A DNA stretch of 64,000 nt from Octopus vulgaris (lineage: Eukaryota): assembly GCA_951406725.2 (NCBI GenBank), contig OX597818.1, forward strand, positions 27,280,001 to 27,344,000, read 5' to 3'. Below are positions 37,803-50,477 of this stretch, in pieces; positions within the stretch are counted from its first letter, which is position 1, and each line of letters opens with the position of its first letter. The position numbers and the translations under genes are program-made. Below the pieces are notes generated by a model. That model ran no database searches. It had not been told where the DNA came from and saw only the letters and a list, made by a program, of their open reading frames with translations.

Positions 37803-37835
<33 letters not shown>
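37697..37835. repeat. (TATG)n followed by (CATA)n and (CA)n microsatellite
   Basis: Direct observation. The two tetranucleotide arrays are reverse complements of each other. Confidence 0.95.
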
Positions 37836-38001
37836 TAAACATGAATTTGGTTTTCTTTCATGCTTGAGTACTTAAGTTTTGACCAACACCAAATATTGAT
37901 TTTTTAAGTACTTGATATTAGTTGAAATTAAAATTTAAAATAAACTTAACTCTTTATACTTTTATGAGTTTATTAAAATTATATACATTAAGACCACTTA
38001 C

Positions 38002-38109
38002 TTTTCTCCTGGATGAAATAGTTCAGGATATCAGCAAGATCTTTGTTGTGTGCTAAATCATTAACAGCACCAGGTGCAGGTGGAATGAGAAGAGCAGCAT
38101 ATCGATTTG
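38002..38109 (-). CDS. GATD1: GATD1 exon 4
   Basis: ttcag|CA...AAAA|gtaagt. ANRYAALLIPPAPGAVNDLAHNKDLADILNYFIQEK. Phase 1/1. Confidence 0.93.
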
Positions 38110-38842
38110 CTGAAATACATTAAAGATAGAAGGATTAGATTTTGCTTCTCCACAGTTTATATATTATTTATAGAAATGACTTCTTTCGATGCTCATCACA
38201 ACTGAAATCTTTGAATTCTATCAATTATCATTGATTAACACTGAAATTTAGAAAGTTGTTTTAGTCTTAATATTGAGAAATTTATCCAATAAATTTCTCT
38301 CACTTTATTTGAATCTATCTTGCTCATATAAAACTCTTTAAACACTAACATTCTCCATCTTCTATACATTTTATATATTATTTGCTAATTACATTGTAAT
38401 TAGCAAAAGAATTAAGCATCAATGTAAAAATAACTTTCAGCTAGAATTTGAATTAAGTGATAAGTAAGAGTCAGTCAGGTATTTTACTGCTTAATTGTTG
38501 ACCAAGAATCAAAATGGGTATTATTAGGTTATAAAGAGTGAAAGTTTTGTTGCTCTAAATCTGCATTGATCAAGAAGATACAGCCATCTTTTTTCCCAAA
38601 CAGGGTATCTAAAAATACATTATCCAGTGTATCTTTCCTTCTTCTAGAAAGAGTAGAAAGTGATTTAAGAGAGATTTGGCTACTAATTCAAACAAGATGA
38701 GCAATTATCTGGAGGTTCCCTAAATGTCATGCAACAATTTTGTCATTATCATTGGAAAAATTTGAAGTGACAAGTGACAATTGATTAATTACAATAATTC
38801 AAACAAGATATTCTCATAATTGTACAAATATCAAGACAAATA

Positions 38843-39039
38843 GTTTATTCTTTTATTTGTTTCAGTCATTTGACTGTGGCCATGCTGGAGCACCATCTTT
38901 AGTCGAACAAATTGATCCCAGGACTTATTCTTTGTAAGCCTAGTACTTATTCTATTGGTCTCTTTTGCCGAATCACTATCAGTTGTAAAGTGATGGTGGC
39001 GGGGACAAACACAGACACAAATAACAAACACAGACATAC

Positions 39040-39070
<31 letters not shown>

Positions 39071-39197
39071 TATATGATGAGCTTCTTTTAGTTTCTGTCT
39101 ACCAAATCCACTCACAAGACTTTGGTCGACTCGAGGCTATAGAAGAAGACACTTGCCCAAGGTGCCACACAGTGGGAACCATGTGATTGGGAAGCAA
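38843..39197 (-). mobile_element. tRNA-derived SINE (family B)
   Basis: Reverse complement of 61343-61740. Other partial copies at ~10640, 26430, 45020, 62115 and 63420. Confidence 0.8.
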
Positions 39198-39344
39198 AGT
39201 AATAAAATTTAAATGTTTAAAAGCAATTATTCAATACAGAGCATTCTTCTCTAAACTAATTTTTTCATGTCTCTATATAAAGCTAAGTATAAAATGAGGT
39301 AACATTAATTAAAAAAAAAGATGAAAATAATTTAGCATACTTAC

Positions 39345-39450
39345 CATCGACAGATTCTAGAGATATGGGAGTTGATGCCGATTTTGAACGAAATTCATTA
39401 AACCACCTCCGGTTGTGTTCATCTTGATCAATAAATTCAGACTGTTTGCC
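39345..39450 (-). CDS. GATD1: GATD1 exon 3
   Basis: tctag|GGC...GATG|gtaagt. GKQSEFIDQDEHNRRWFNEFRSKSASTPISLESVD. Phase 0/1. Confidence 0.93.
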
Positions 39451-39868
39451 CTAGAAAGAGGAAATGCTTGAGTAAAGAGAATAGAATCCACTTATATGCC
39501 TTCTGAATATAAGTTAGAATTAAACTAATTTTTGCATGATGCAAAATCTTGTGAAATAGAAATACATGTAATTGAACCAAGAACTTTCAATAGTGTATAT
39601 TCTACTATAGATACCCAATTGTAAAACTGTATCACTACAAGATATTTTAAGACTAACACTATAAAAAAAAATACCTTTTAATGTGTCAAAGAACGTTCAA
39701 GATAAAATTGAACTTGTTTATTTAATTATATTTTGCATGCTAGAATAACATTTTATGAAAGAATATTCCAACCCATGCTAGCATGGAAAACGGACGCTAA
39801 ACAATGATGATGATGATGATTCATCATATTAAATGCAAACAAATGCTTATATATTGATTCACACTTAC

Positions 39869-39945
39869 TTCAGGAGTTGCAAGCTGGACTGTAAAATTGG
39901 TTGCTGCTAAAGTATATGCTTGGACAAATGACTGAGCTGTAACAC
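39869..39945 (-). CDS. GATD1: GATD1 exon 2
   Basis: ttcag|GT...GAA|gtaagt. GVTAQSFVQAYTLAATNFTVQLATPE. Phase 1/0. Confidence 0.93.
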
Positions 39946-42169
39946 CTGAAGAGACAGGTAGAAAAAAAAAGAAAAACGTTTACTAATTTATAGTTGCAGA
40001 TAAAGTACACATACCTGTATTTATTCTCTTACTGCCATCAATGTTCCATGCTTACAAGGGTAGGATATGTCTGGTACACAGCATAATGTCAATGAAATCA
40101 TCTCTCCTGCATATCTGAGCTGATACCTTATACAACAACGATGATAATGGAAGTGATGTCATCATCATTGCCAATACCATCGTCATTGTCATCATCATCA
40201 TGCTAGCATAGATTGGATAGTTCAACAGAATCTGATGAGCTAGAGGACTGAGTTGAGCTCCAATGTCTGCTTTGGAATGACTTCTAAGTCTTGATGTCTT
40301 TCTTAATACCAACCACTTTACAGAATGTAGTGGGTACTATTTTTTGTGACACTTTCACTAGTGAGATCATGAAGTAACTTGCAAAACAAGACCCTTGTCT
40401 GAGTGGAGGTACAGTATTGAGAGAGGTGTTTTTTGCGCCAAGTGTTGAGAGGCCAAAGTATGATAGAGAGACAGGAACAGTTGATTTGCTGGAGAGGAGC
40501 TGCTTGGTTACTCCTGTAGGAGAGGGAAAAGGGGGAAATGAGGTGTCAAGGCATACCTTCAAGGTACAAGAGGGTGAATAAAGGGAGAATGATATCAGGA
40601 ATTGAAGATGGGTGAGTGGGCAGGTTCATGAAAATATGAAGGTAGAGTAACAATCGGTTAGAGATGGTTATAGTAGTGAATGCAGTGATTGATGAATAAG
40701 GGTGGAGGTGTGGTCAATAGTAAATCTCAGTTTGAGGGGGGGAAGGTAAATGAAAATAGGGGTGGGTCAGGGAGGAGAAAGTGATAAGTGGCAATATATA
40801 AAAAGGAGGAGATAGAGTGGAACATTACAATAGCACTGTAGATACATGAGAAATAGGGAGATGATGTAAAGTGTGGGAGAGAGAGAGAGAGGGAGAGAGA
40901 ATATATACAATGACAGAAATGAAGATCAGAGGCACATAGAGGTAGATATAATAACAAAAAAGGTGGAGGAGGCCATTGATGAAAGATATGAGAAAGTTCA
41001 GTAGAAAATAAAATGTTAGGGATAATGTTTCTATAATTCTGTCTTTCTCACTGTATGTGTTTATAGTGTTCCTTTTCTCATTACCTGCCACTCATCCTGC
41101 ACCTCTTATGTTATCTTTCGCTATAGCTCACTTTTACTCTCTCTGCCTTCTCCCTATACAATGCAAAGCATAATTGGAGAAAGAAAGAAAGAAAGGTAGT
41201 AAATGAAACAGCAAACAGTCTGGAGGTATGAAAACAACCTTCAAAAGCATTAACCTTTTGGTACATGCCTCAGCTATTACATTACTAGCATATCACAAAG
41301 AGCTGAAACTATGGAGTAGAGATTCAAGCAGAAGATCCGAACTAACATGGGCACATAATTTAAAAAATAAAATTTTATTCCTTCAAAAAGTATCTCACAG
41401 ATCATTGTAATTATGAAATGTAACACAGAGAACAACTTCACACAACATCAGGGAGACCACAGAAAGAAAACTAGAGAGACAATTTGTTGATAAAGGAGTC
41501 AAAAACCTAAACTCCAAACTGCACTAACTGAAATAATAACTCACAACTACAGGTTACTGGCTGAAGAATTTCACCTTTTATCAGCAAGATCTCAATTGTA
41601 TGGACAAAGTATCAAGAGCATGTTAGAGTTGCCTCAATGGTTATCAACTGTAGCTATTCTCATCATCCTCAAAAATTGTCAAACCATACTTCCTAAAAAT
41701 GATCGCCCAATAGCCTGACAGGATATCACGTACAAATTATATACTGCATGCTTCAATCTGTTCTTGTAGGATCATTGTGCTATCAGCAACATTATAATAC
41801 TTGTGCAAGCTGGAGGAAAGAAAGAAGTGTGGGGCGGTAAACAGCAGCTACAATTAACAAAACGATACAAGAAAAAACAATAAAAAGTCACAGGAACTTA
41901 ACTGTCATGACCTTAAACAATGATGATGATGATTGTCATCATCATTTAATGTATGCTTTCCATGCTGGCATGGGTTGGGCAGTTTGACATGGAGCTGACC
42001 AGCTGGAGAGCTGTCCAGACTCCAATTGTTTGCTTTGGCATAGTATCTATGGTTGGATGCCCTTTCTAATGCCAAACACTTTATAGTGTGCTGGATGATT
42101 TTTACATGCCATCAGCACTGGTGCAATTATGCAGCACCCGCAAGGATGCATCGATCCCACATGGGTGGG

Positions 42170-43350
42170 ACACTCAACAACTAGTTCAAGAGCATCCAGC
42201 AGTGCAGATGTGTCTCATCAGGAGATAAATAGACACAACTCATTAAAATAACAGTTTCACAATGTATCTCCACATTTTGTAGAAAGAAATGCAGCAAAGG
42301 AAATATCTTCATTTACATAGACGATAAAAAATAAAATCACAGATTCAAAAAAGAAACAAACATGCAATACAGTGAGGAAAGTATTAAAAATAATCGTTAA
42401 GAAGTATGGACGTATAAATGCCCTCACACAAGCTGCATGGTGTGTGTATACTCACTCATACAAGCATTCGTGAAAATGTTAGCATATGCACGTGTAGTTT
42501 GGTGTACTCATGATCACAAAGTGAGTTAAATATCTACTTGGTGTTTATACGAATGGGGAGGTTAAAAGTAAACTTAATTCATCCATACCTTAAAATAAAT
42601 TATGTTAACAGTTATGTAAATTAATTCCCACTGCATTGTGCAAAAATACATTTATATGTGTGTGGGCATCTTGAGAATCTTTCAGAAATTCTATTAACGA
42701 TCTTCTCATTAGTCCACAGAACAGACAAGGATTCCTTGGAGCAGTGACAGCATCTAGAAATTATATTATATGGTTTCACATACCTTATTATGGACCAAGT
42801 TATATTGTACTTAATTTTATCCTCCTTCAGTTGCCATACAAAACTGGGCAAAGGTGTTGAATGTCTCTTATTGATTGTCTTAAAGCTGGTGACATGGTTA
42901 TGATAAAGATTCTTAAATGAATCAGCTGTTTGCCCAGTGTAAGCATACGGCACTCTTCTTGTGTGCACAGTACATTTATATACAAGATTTGTACTCATAC
43001 AGAGGTTCGTCAATGGGCATTTTGATTTTCTTCTGCATGAGCATTTATCATATTTATTTGAATATAAGGCAGTTCCGACTCCATTTTCCAACATTGCTCC
43101 AATTTCTAATACTCAGAGTTGCTTGTTTCCAGTCATCAGCCAGTAAACCAAGCCTCAATTTTTTTGGGAATATTCACTGTCTGAATATTTTTTGAAATAT
43201 GAAACGAAAGTTTGAAAGAAATGCTCATATTTATGTTCGTTAGTTGAGAAATCTTTGTGAATGTCATGTGTGAAAACAGCTGTGTCAAACTCAAAAGGTT
43301 TGATTTCATTTCTGGTTCTTGTGGTAATCTTATACATAAATGGCAATTTC
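42170..43350 (-). mobile_element. Penelope-like element, Naiad-type GIY-YIG endonuclease 3' fragment
   Basis: ORF 42621..43094 reads CSC..CPL...C...VYKCTV....YTGQT..FK..H..SF....FVWQLK....WSII...Y....C.CSKE...NR.SE....CPH. A decayed CTGATGA motif lies at 42221-42215. Confidence 0.8.
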
Positions 43351-44449
43351 CATCTGGTGCTCTATCTTTTACCATCTTGCCTACACCAGTGAACCAACCT
43401 TGATGAAACTTTGCATACATGTTAAATTAACATCCAGTTCAATTATAGACTAATTGGATGTCAATATAAATCTATGGTGGGCTCCCTAGGTTGGGGGGGG
43501 GGGGACTATTATTTGATAAAGTGAAGAGGATGCAAGAGTGTTAGCATGAGGGAAATGTGGTGGCATAATGAGTGTGGCTGATATCAAGGAAGGGGAGAAC
43601 AGCATTGTGTAAGAGACAAATACGGAGTGGCAGTGGGATGTTAACATTAATACAGCTGTCATTCAGGGATATACATGCAACGCTGCATATATACTTTCAT
43701 AAATGCATAGATACATGCATGCACATACACATAAGTAACTTTTAAAATTACAAGGAAGCGAAAGGTGGGTGTGAGGAATATGTAACTTTAAGGAGAGTGG
43801 GGGTAGGTGGCTTTTCCATCACAAAGAAACACACACATACACATATATATATATATATACATGCATACATACTTATGCATACTATACACCATTTTAAACT
43901 TGTAATGTGTGTGTGTGTGATGTCCTATAACTGTCTGTCTGTCTACTTTTGTAGGGTCTTCCCTGTTGCTGTCACATGGGAAATTTTAAAATTACATCAA
44001 AATTTTCAAATTTAGTATATTGAAATAATTTTCCATGTTAAATCTGATTTTCTTATTTATTTGTTCCAGAAAAATGTTACTGAGGTTTAAAGTTTAACCA
44101 ATTTTACCTAATCAGAAAACAAAATTTGGAAGCTGGCATTTTCTGCATGATAGTTATCTATCACAAAATGAAAATAAAATTATTACGAGGAGGAATTTTT
44201 ATTAAACAAATCAAAGCAAAGCATTATGACGACTAAAGTTGTAAGAACTTCTAAAGTTTTAATATGTTTTAATGAATGTAGTCATGCAAAATGGTTGAAC
44301 AGACATGTAAATAATTTAAAAAGGCAAAAAATCCTCAACAAAGTATTTTTGTGAAAAATTGCACAATTCTGTCCTGATCTGTAATGGAAAGTATGGTCTA
44401 ACATGGAATTAAAAAAAAAAATTATATACGACACTCTATAGTAAAAATT

Positions 44450-44479
44450 GCCCAGCAACGACGGGCTATTCAGCCAAGT
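44450..44479 (+). mobile_element. Possible Helitron-type 3' terminus (GC hairpin plus degenerate CTAG|T)
   Basis: gcccagcaacgacgggc hairpin followed about 10 nt later by cagccaagt. Confidence 0.3.
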
Positions 44480-45775
44480 ATCATTATAAACGTCATAAAC
44501 TTCATTATGATTGAAGTCACGAAACTGCATTGCTTTTCAAGCAATGTTCCAAAATAATACTTTTACAATGTTTTTAAAAACAATGAGTGAGTATGCAAGT
44601 GTCCATTTGACATGCACCTGTGCAAATGCATACATATAAATATATGCACACGTATGCACAGAATTATATATTCATGTATACATATATACATACATGTATG
44701 CATATACTCATATGCTTATAAACATATACTCACATATTAAAACATATATCAATAAAACCTATTAATTAAACATTTTGAAAACCAACATTTTTTCGGAACC
44801 AAAACAATATTCAAGGAAGCTTGTATTTGCATAAGAGATACTTAGATGCATGCATTCAAGGCGTTAACAGTTCATTTCTTTTCTTTTGAGCTAACTATCG
44901 GTGCCTTGAGTAAAAATTCTCGGTTTTTCGCTCAAAGGTCACACCCTTTCTTGGATTTGAAGCTCTCATTCCTGTAAAGTTCCACATTAACTACGACAGA
45001 CCAGGTAATTTTGAATATGTTTGTCCCCCACAATCGCTTCATAACTAGCGTTGGTTTGCTTACGTTTCCGTAACTTAGAGGTTCGGCAAATGGGAGCAAT
45101 AGAATAAGAATTAGATTTTAAAAGAAGTACAGGAATGGAGTTATTTGATTAAACCAATTCAGGCGATGCTATAGCATGGCCGCAGTTCAGTGACTGAAAC
45201 AAGTAAAAGATAAAAGACACATTTCTTTTCTTTGTTTTACTGGTTTCATTTACTGGATTAAGAAAATGGAGAAAAAAGTGCTAGTGGATCTTTAATTTTA
45301 AATACACAGACAGTCAAAAGTCAAATTTATTATTGATTCAGTAAAGGATAAATTTGTCTTTTGATTCGTCGGGTACGTATATTCTAAAAAACAAAATACT
45401 AAAACCGATGAATGAATTCACAAGAACTCGTTTCATGATCAGAGCGACAGTATCAGCGATCATGGTGTCGATATATGATAAATTTGCTATTCGTAACAAT
45501 GAAAAGAACTGAGTCAATGTCCACAGGGTCTGTATTTAATAAACGCCAAATATAACTTCCCCAAAATACAATGTATGTTTTGATTTACGATTTCATATAC
45601 ATTCTTCTGTCAGAAATCTATAAGAACATATTAAAATTCCTTTATAAAAAGGGGCGTAATGAGTAGAGAATTCTTAAATTTTGAATAAGATCAAAGTAAA
45701 TCGAGAAAACTTGTAAAGGCGCTGTAAACGATAAAAGTTACATGTAACAGACCGAAAAGGCCCCATTAATGTTAC

Positions 45776-45827
45776 CTGGGGATGATGCACTGAGCACAAG
45801 CAGACAGCTACCACGTACAGTTGACAT
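45776..45827 (-). CDS. GATD1: GATD1 exon 1 (glutamine amidotransferase-like class 1 domain-containing protein 1 / PDDC1)
   Basis: ATG at 45827. MSTVRGSCLLVLSASSP G|gtaac. The seven exons total 660 nt (219 aa plus stop) and are colinear with human GATD1 as I recall it (CLLVASG..GVSAQSF...KPICAVGHG...DRHLVTGQN). Confidence 0.9.
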
Positions 45828-46200
45828 GATGAGGAAACAAGTGCCATCTATCGGCTACACAGGGGACGTAATCTTCATCATTAATTACCCCAATCGCTTT
45901 TTTTTTTCTTTTTCCTTTTTATTTTATCCTGTCTAAGGCAGACAACTCGTGTCGTAAGCTGGTTGTTATTTAACACAGTTCCACCCTGAAAGTTTCTTGG
46001 TCAAACCATCCTCTCCACTTCTTAGGTAAACTATATCTACAATTACGTTGCCCAATGTATATTATTTTCTTTTAGACGGTAAGATGTGGTTTGGGGAGGA
46101 TGAGCTGTTTCCTTTTCAAGCACCACGAGCGATTATACAAGGAGAAATTTTTATCATGCTATGACTGAAAGTTCTTACGCCGATTGGCCAGATGATGTCA
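45828..46200 (-). promoter_or_regulatory. Probable GATD1 5' UTR/promoter region
   Basis: Lies immediately upstream of the start codon and retains CpGs. No specific motif is claimed. Confidence 0.35.
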
Positions 46201-46475
46201 TTACGAAAAATAAATGTAAAAAAATCCAAAATTGCCGCAAACGCAATTCTGTATAATGTGGTAGGTATTCTTGTATATGTGTGGATTTCATGTTGGTGTG
46301 TGTAACTGTGAATTGTCTAATACACATATCCTGAAAATAGCCTTCTACATTCAGTAAATTTTGTGATACTTGCTCGATACTATAATATTTGTACGTATTT
46401 AACCGGGACTCAGCTTGGCAATATTTACCAGTGCATCTAGGGACGCATCTACTGCGAAAAATAATGGACCTTTTA

Positions 46476-46700
46476 AGGTGGCGAGCTAGCAGAAACGTTA
46501 GCATACCGGGCGAAATGTTTAGCGGTATTTCGTCTGTCTTTATGTTCTGAGTTCAAATTCCGCCGATGTCGACTTTACCTTTCATCATTTCGGGATCGAT
46601 AAATTAAGTACCAGTTGTGCACTGGAGTCGATCTAATCGACTGGACCCCTTCCCAAAAATTTCTGGCCTTGTACTTAGAGTAAAAAAAAAAAAAAAAGGA
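46476..46700 (+). mobile_element. Full-length SINE family A, CpG-intact
   Basis: ggcgagctagcagaaacgttagc...gagttcaaattccgcc...gtcgac... with an A-rich tail. Confidence 0.85.
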
Positions 46701-47134
46701 TCTTTTACAAATTCATAAGTATGCCCGTCATCACACTTAGAAATACATTAAGAATATTACAATATGTTAACCAATTCATATAGTTATAAAATTCATGCAT
46801 TGAGTGTTGAAAGTAGCTAAGATTAAATTTGGGTCTTAAGCTTTAAACCAGCTTTTTTCTTTTTTTTTTCATTGAAGTTTAGAGAATTTAGTCAGCGGGT
46901 GAATTGAAATTTGAATGAGAGCAAAATTTGAACGCGTCGACAAGTTCCGCATTCCGTGACAAGTTTTTAGAGTTTTCAGAGCGAGCGATTAAGAATAAAA
47001 AAGTTAGGTAGTTGAAGGACAGAGATGGCTTAAAGTGTCTCGGCCCACTCATTCATATTTCCGAGTCTTATTCAAATGACGTCTCATAACTTCGAGCTTT
47101 TTTTTTTTTGCTGCAAAGGCAAACTGTTATATTG

Positions 47135-47262
47135 TGCATGCATGCATGCATACATGTATGTATGTATGTATGTATGTATGTATGTATGTATGTATGTATG
47201 TATGTATGTATGTATGTATGTATGTATGTATGTATGTATGTATGCATGCATGCATGTATGTT
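47135..47262. repeat. (TATG)n microsatellite at the 3' end of the R4/Dong-like LINE
   Basis: Direct observation. Confidence 0.95.
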
Positions 47263-48875
47263 ATTATTCAGTTTTATTTCAAGATTTCTTGCTAATAGAG
47301 AAAGAGCCGGTTTCTAACCTTGATCCAAGGCTCCTTCTATAGAATTTCAACGTCGACGGCATTTTTGTATGTATATGTGCAGATTTGTATGTTTTATTTT
47401 ATGTATGTATTCTCATGTCTAGACATGTTCATATATACTTAAATGATAAACTTCTGGAAAGTTTTACAGATTTTTACAGTTCCAGTGATGGCTTGGATCT
47501 GTAATCTTCGAATCAGTTTTCTCCTTTCTGGTTTTGAGGAGCCTAATTTCTTAGGTTTATTACTTAAGCGGTGTGTTACTTACCTCAGTGCGCTAATAAT
47601 TGCAGGTATAAACCTGAACTTGTAATCTGGATAGAGTAACTAGATTTTTCAATGGTTCAGCGTAGGTATTTTCTTTTTCGCTGATCTTTAGCTTTATGTT
47701 AACACCAACTGGGTAGCAAATTCCCACAACTGTACACAGTTTCTCTTCTCTATCCTAAATCATTATGCCAAGTCTATTATATTTACATTTTATTGAGGTT
47801 TTCACTGGGATATTCCACCACTACTCCTTTTTATCACGAGTGGCTATGGTTTCTACCATACTGTGTGTGGGTTCTTATCTCTTTGGTCTCAGGGTTATCC
47901 CTCTGACGGATATCATTATGCTGTGTCTTAGCTACAACATCGTGTCTCATTGGTAGATAATACTGTGGTAACATTTTCCGACAACTGCTTATGATGTGGA
48001 TGATATCTTCGATGTTAACTTCACAAAGTCTGCATCGGTTATCACATTTTGGTGCTTTTCGTGCATCTCTGTCCCTTTTGGGTATCAGGTATTTGGTTGA
48101 TGTTTCCTGTTCCTGGATTGCAAGCGCAAAGTGGGAGTGAGGTATCCAGTTGTTGGTCCATGTAAACTGCTTTGACGATCAATCTTACTCTCATCCTGGA
48201 GCTTTCTACTTACATATCCATGCATGGTCTTCTGCTGATATATGCTCATCCTTTCATCTCATGGTACGTTGCAGTAGAGCTGTGTGACTTCTTTGGGTAT
48301 GTATTTAAGGTTATCAAACAAGGAATGCGGCTCAAGGAGCTGCTTTCCAAGTCTCATGATATCAACCTCATGTATGCAAACTTGGTCAAGGGATGCACTT
48401 CGATACTTGGTGGTTAAAAAATGTTAAAAAGCGATATGATATGACATTCAAAAGCAGTCTAGACCGATGTTAAGCCTCTGCCGCCATGTTTTCGTTTTAG
48501 GTAGAGGCCGTCTACGTCAATGTTGATGTGGAAATTATGTGTGCTGGTTAGTATCTTCCGGGTTTTCACATCAATGGCTCGGATCTCATCAAGCGTCCGG
48601 TCAAGTAGTTCAAATGTTGGTATGAGTACTGGTACTGGAAACACCTTGTGAGCCACTGTATTATCGAATGCAGAGAGTTCCAAGGTCCAAATTTTCTTTA
48701 TTCGACTGTAATATTCTTTAGTGACCCATGTTTTGTTACATGTGTCATCGTAAGATATCTTTTCGTTCACCCCTAAATACTTGTAACATTCCTCTTCAGA
48801 TATAGGAAAAGCAGTTAAGTCATTGATGGAAATGTTACTAGTTTGGTTTACAGTTTTCCCTCTTTTCATAATCAG
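47263..48875 (-). mobile_element. R4/Dong-like non-LTR retrotransposon (RLE type), 5'-truncated and degenerate
   Basis: YKYLG...RIKKIW...IDVKTRKIL...LYLKRKHGGRGL, followed by CRLC..EDIIHIISSC..RHD zinc knuckle and remnants of a restriction-like endonuclease. Confidence 0.8.
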
Positions 48876-48933
48876 CGAGTGAGAATTCTTAGATTCGGTT
48901 TCGAATCTAAGCTCGGAAAAAAGAAGTGTTAGT

Positions 48934-49538
48934 TGTAACGCTTTGAAGGTTCTCACGTCGGAGTACCAATAAACATCGAAGAATTAACACCATGAAGGAA
49001 GAAATGTTATTTACATATATTTATTCGTTTGCCCGATAGGTAGTCAAAGAGACAGTAGCAATTTTAGTGATAGTGTCGACAAGGATGGCTCGCTGGTTAG
49101 TAGTTGATTTGTAGAAAAAGGTTGTCTGTCAGTAGAGAGGGAAAGAGTAAGGAAGGCATAGTGCTGACTAGAAAGAAAGAAAAGATAAAGGCAGCATTGT
49201 CTTTCTTGCGACCGAAAGCCTCTCTCAGGATGTCGAACGAAAGGCGAAGGGAAGTGCTGGTCTTGGTTAAGGCTGATGCAAAAGCCGGTGTTGCTCCTTG
49301 GTCATAGCTGACATCTGCGGAATAGATAGAAAATTCTCTCTGTCATATAGACTATGGTCAGTAATGTAGACCAAACCTTAAACAAAAGACTGACCTTTCC
49401 TTGACCAGTACAGGTCCTAGGGGGTGGAATGTTTCCTCATCAATCATCTAGTGTGGAGGATTTCCCGCTCGTTTTGACAAGCAAGAAGCCGGTGGATTTG
49501 GTTTCAAATCTCAGGCAGGGTAAAGCTAGACCCTTACA
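48934..49538 (-). mobile_element. Solo LTR (TGTAA...TTACA)
   Basis: 5-bp inverted termini. The start is similar to another LTR start at 49667 and the end is similar to the end of 11093-11864. No TSD seen. Confidence 0.55.
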
Positions 49539-49889
49539 AATTGTTCTAACAATTGCTTAATTTATATTAAACTGGTTCTCAGTTTCTGTTGGACCTGTTA
49601 CGGCAAGATATTTTTTTTACGTCGAGATTGCCAAAAGTAATGGACGATTGTGTGGGCTCACCAAATGTAACGCAAACATGTGGAATTCTCACGTCAGAGT
49701 TACCAATCATAGCGTACAGATGAAAAATTACTTGATGTTGAAATAATGATTCTTGTTTCGCGTCAGGTCGCTATATGTAGATGGTTGAAAGTAAGATGAG
49801 AAAGCGTAATAATAACATTGAAGAGAAAAGAACAATATTCACAGACTTTATTTGCTGGTAGTGGCCAGTAGCACAAACCTAGTAGTATG

Positions 49890-50477
49890 TTTCTTTATTA
49901 GCCACACGGGGCTGAACACAGAGGGGACAAAATACAAAGTAGAGCTTTTCTTTTTGGGAACGAAAGAAAAAAATAAGGCGAGGATAGAATTTTGATCAAA
50001 AGAAGCCTATCAATAGAAGTCTATCGTGTATCACAGAAATGTCATAATGTAAAAGGGGAGATAGATTAGGTTTATCCGTGGAAAGGAAAGCCTACGGAAA
50101 AGAGCACGCTAACCTCAGGCAATAATGTCATGCAAAAAACACATTACAGGAAGTGACTCTCTTTTTTCCTTTCTTTTTCTGGTTCATAGGATTATGCTCA
50201 ATGTGGCTCCGTCATTCACATGTGCCATCCTTGCTACATTCACCCATCTTTTTTTGAAACATTCACTTGACAAAACTTCCCTGTCTACTCTCACCTTCCT
50301 TTTCAAATGGTACTTGAAGAAGTTGACGAGAGATTCACTAGAGAGGAAAGTGTTTGTCTCTAGGCTTTTCGCCATAGCCACAAGTACGATGAAAATGGCT
50401 CTTCCTTCTCCTCTCAAGGAAGGAGGCGCGGCAATATTCACGATAGACTCGGTTGATAAACTAACTCGTCCCACATG
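49890..50477 (-). mobile_element. L1/Tx1-like LINE 3' fragment
   Basis: ORF C-terminus ...NFFKYHLKRKVRVDRE...FKKRWVNV...LSIIL*, then a T-rich 3' UTR ending in AATAAAGAAA. Confidence 0.6.

Noticed and set aside
37613-37875. ORFs such as MYVCMYVC, YIYIYI, CVCVCV and NNNN here and at 23497, 47076, 56765, 58324-58789, 61903 and 63538
   Set aside because: Translations of microsatellites.
42621-43350. Selenocysteine recoding, as reported for some Naiad elements
   Set aside because: The conserved Cys positions are ordinary Cys codons. The upstream TGA stops fall at non-Cys positions in decayed sequence, and no SECIS was recognised.
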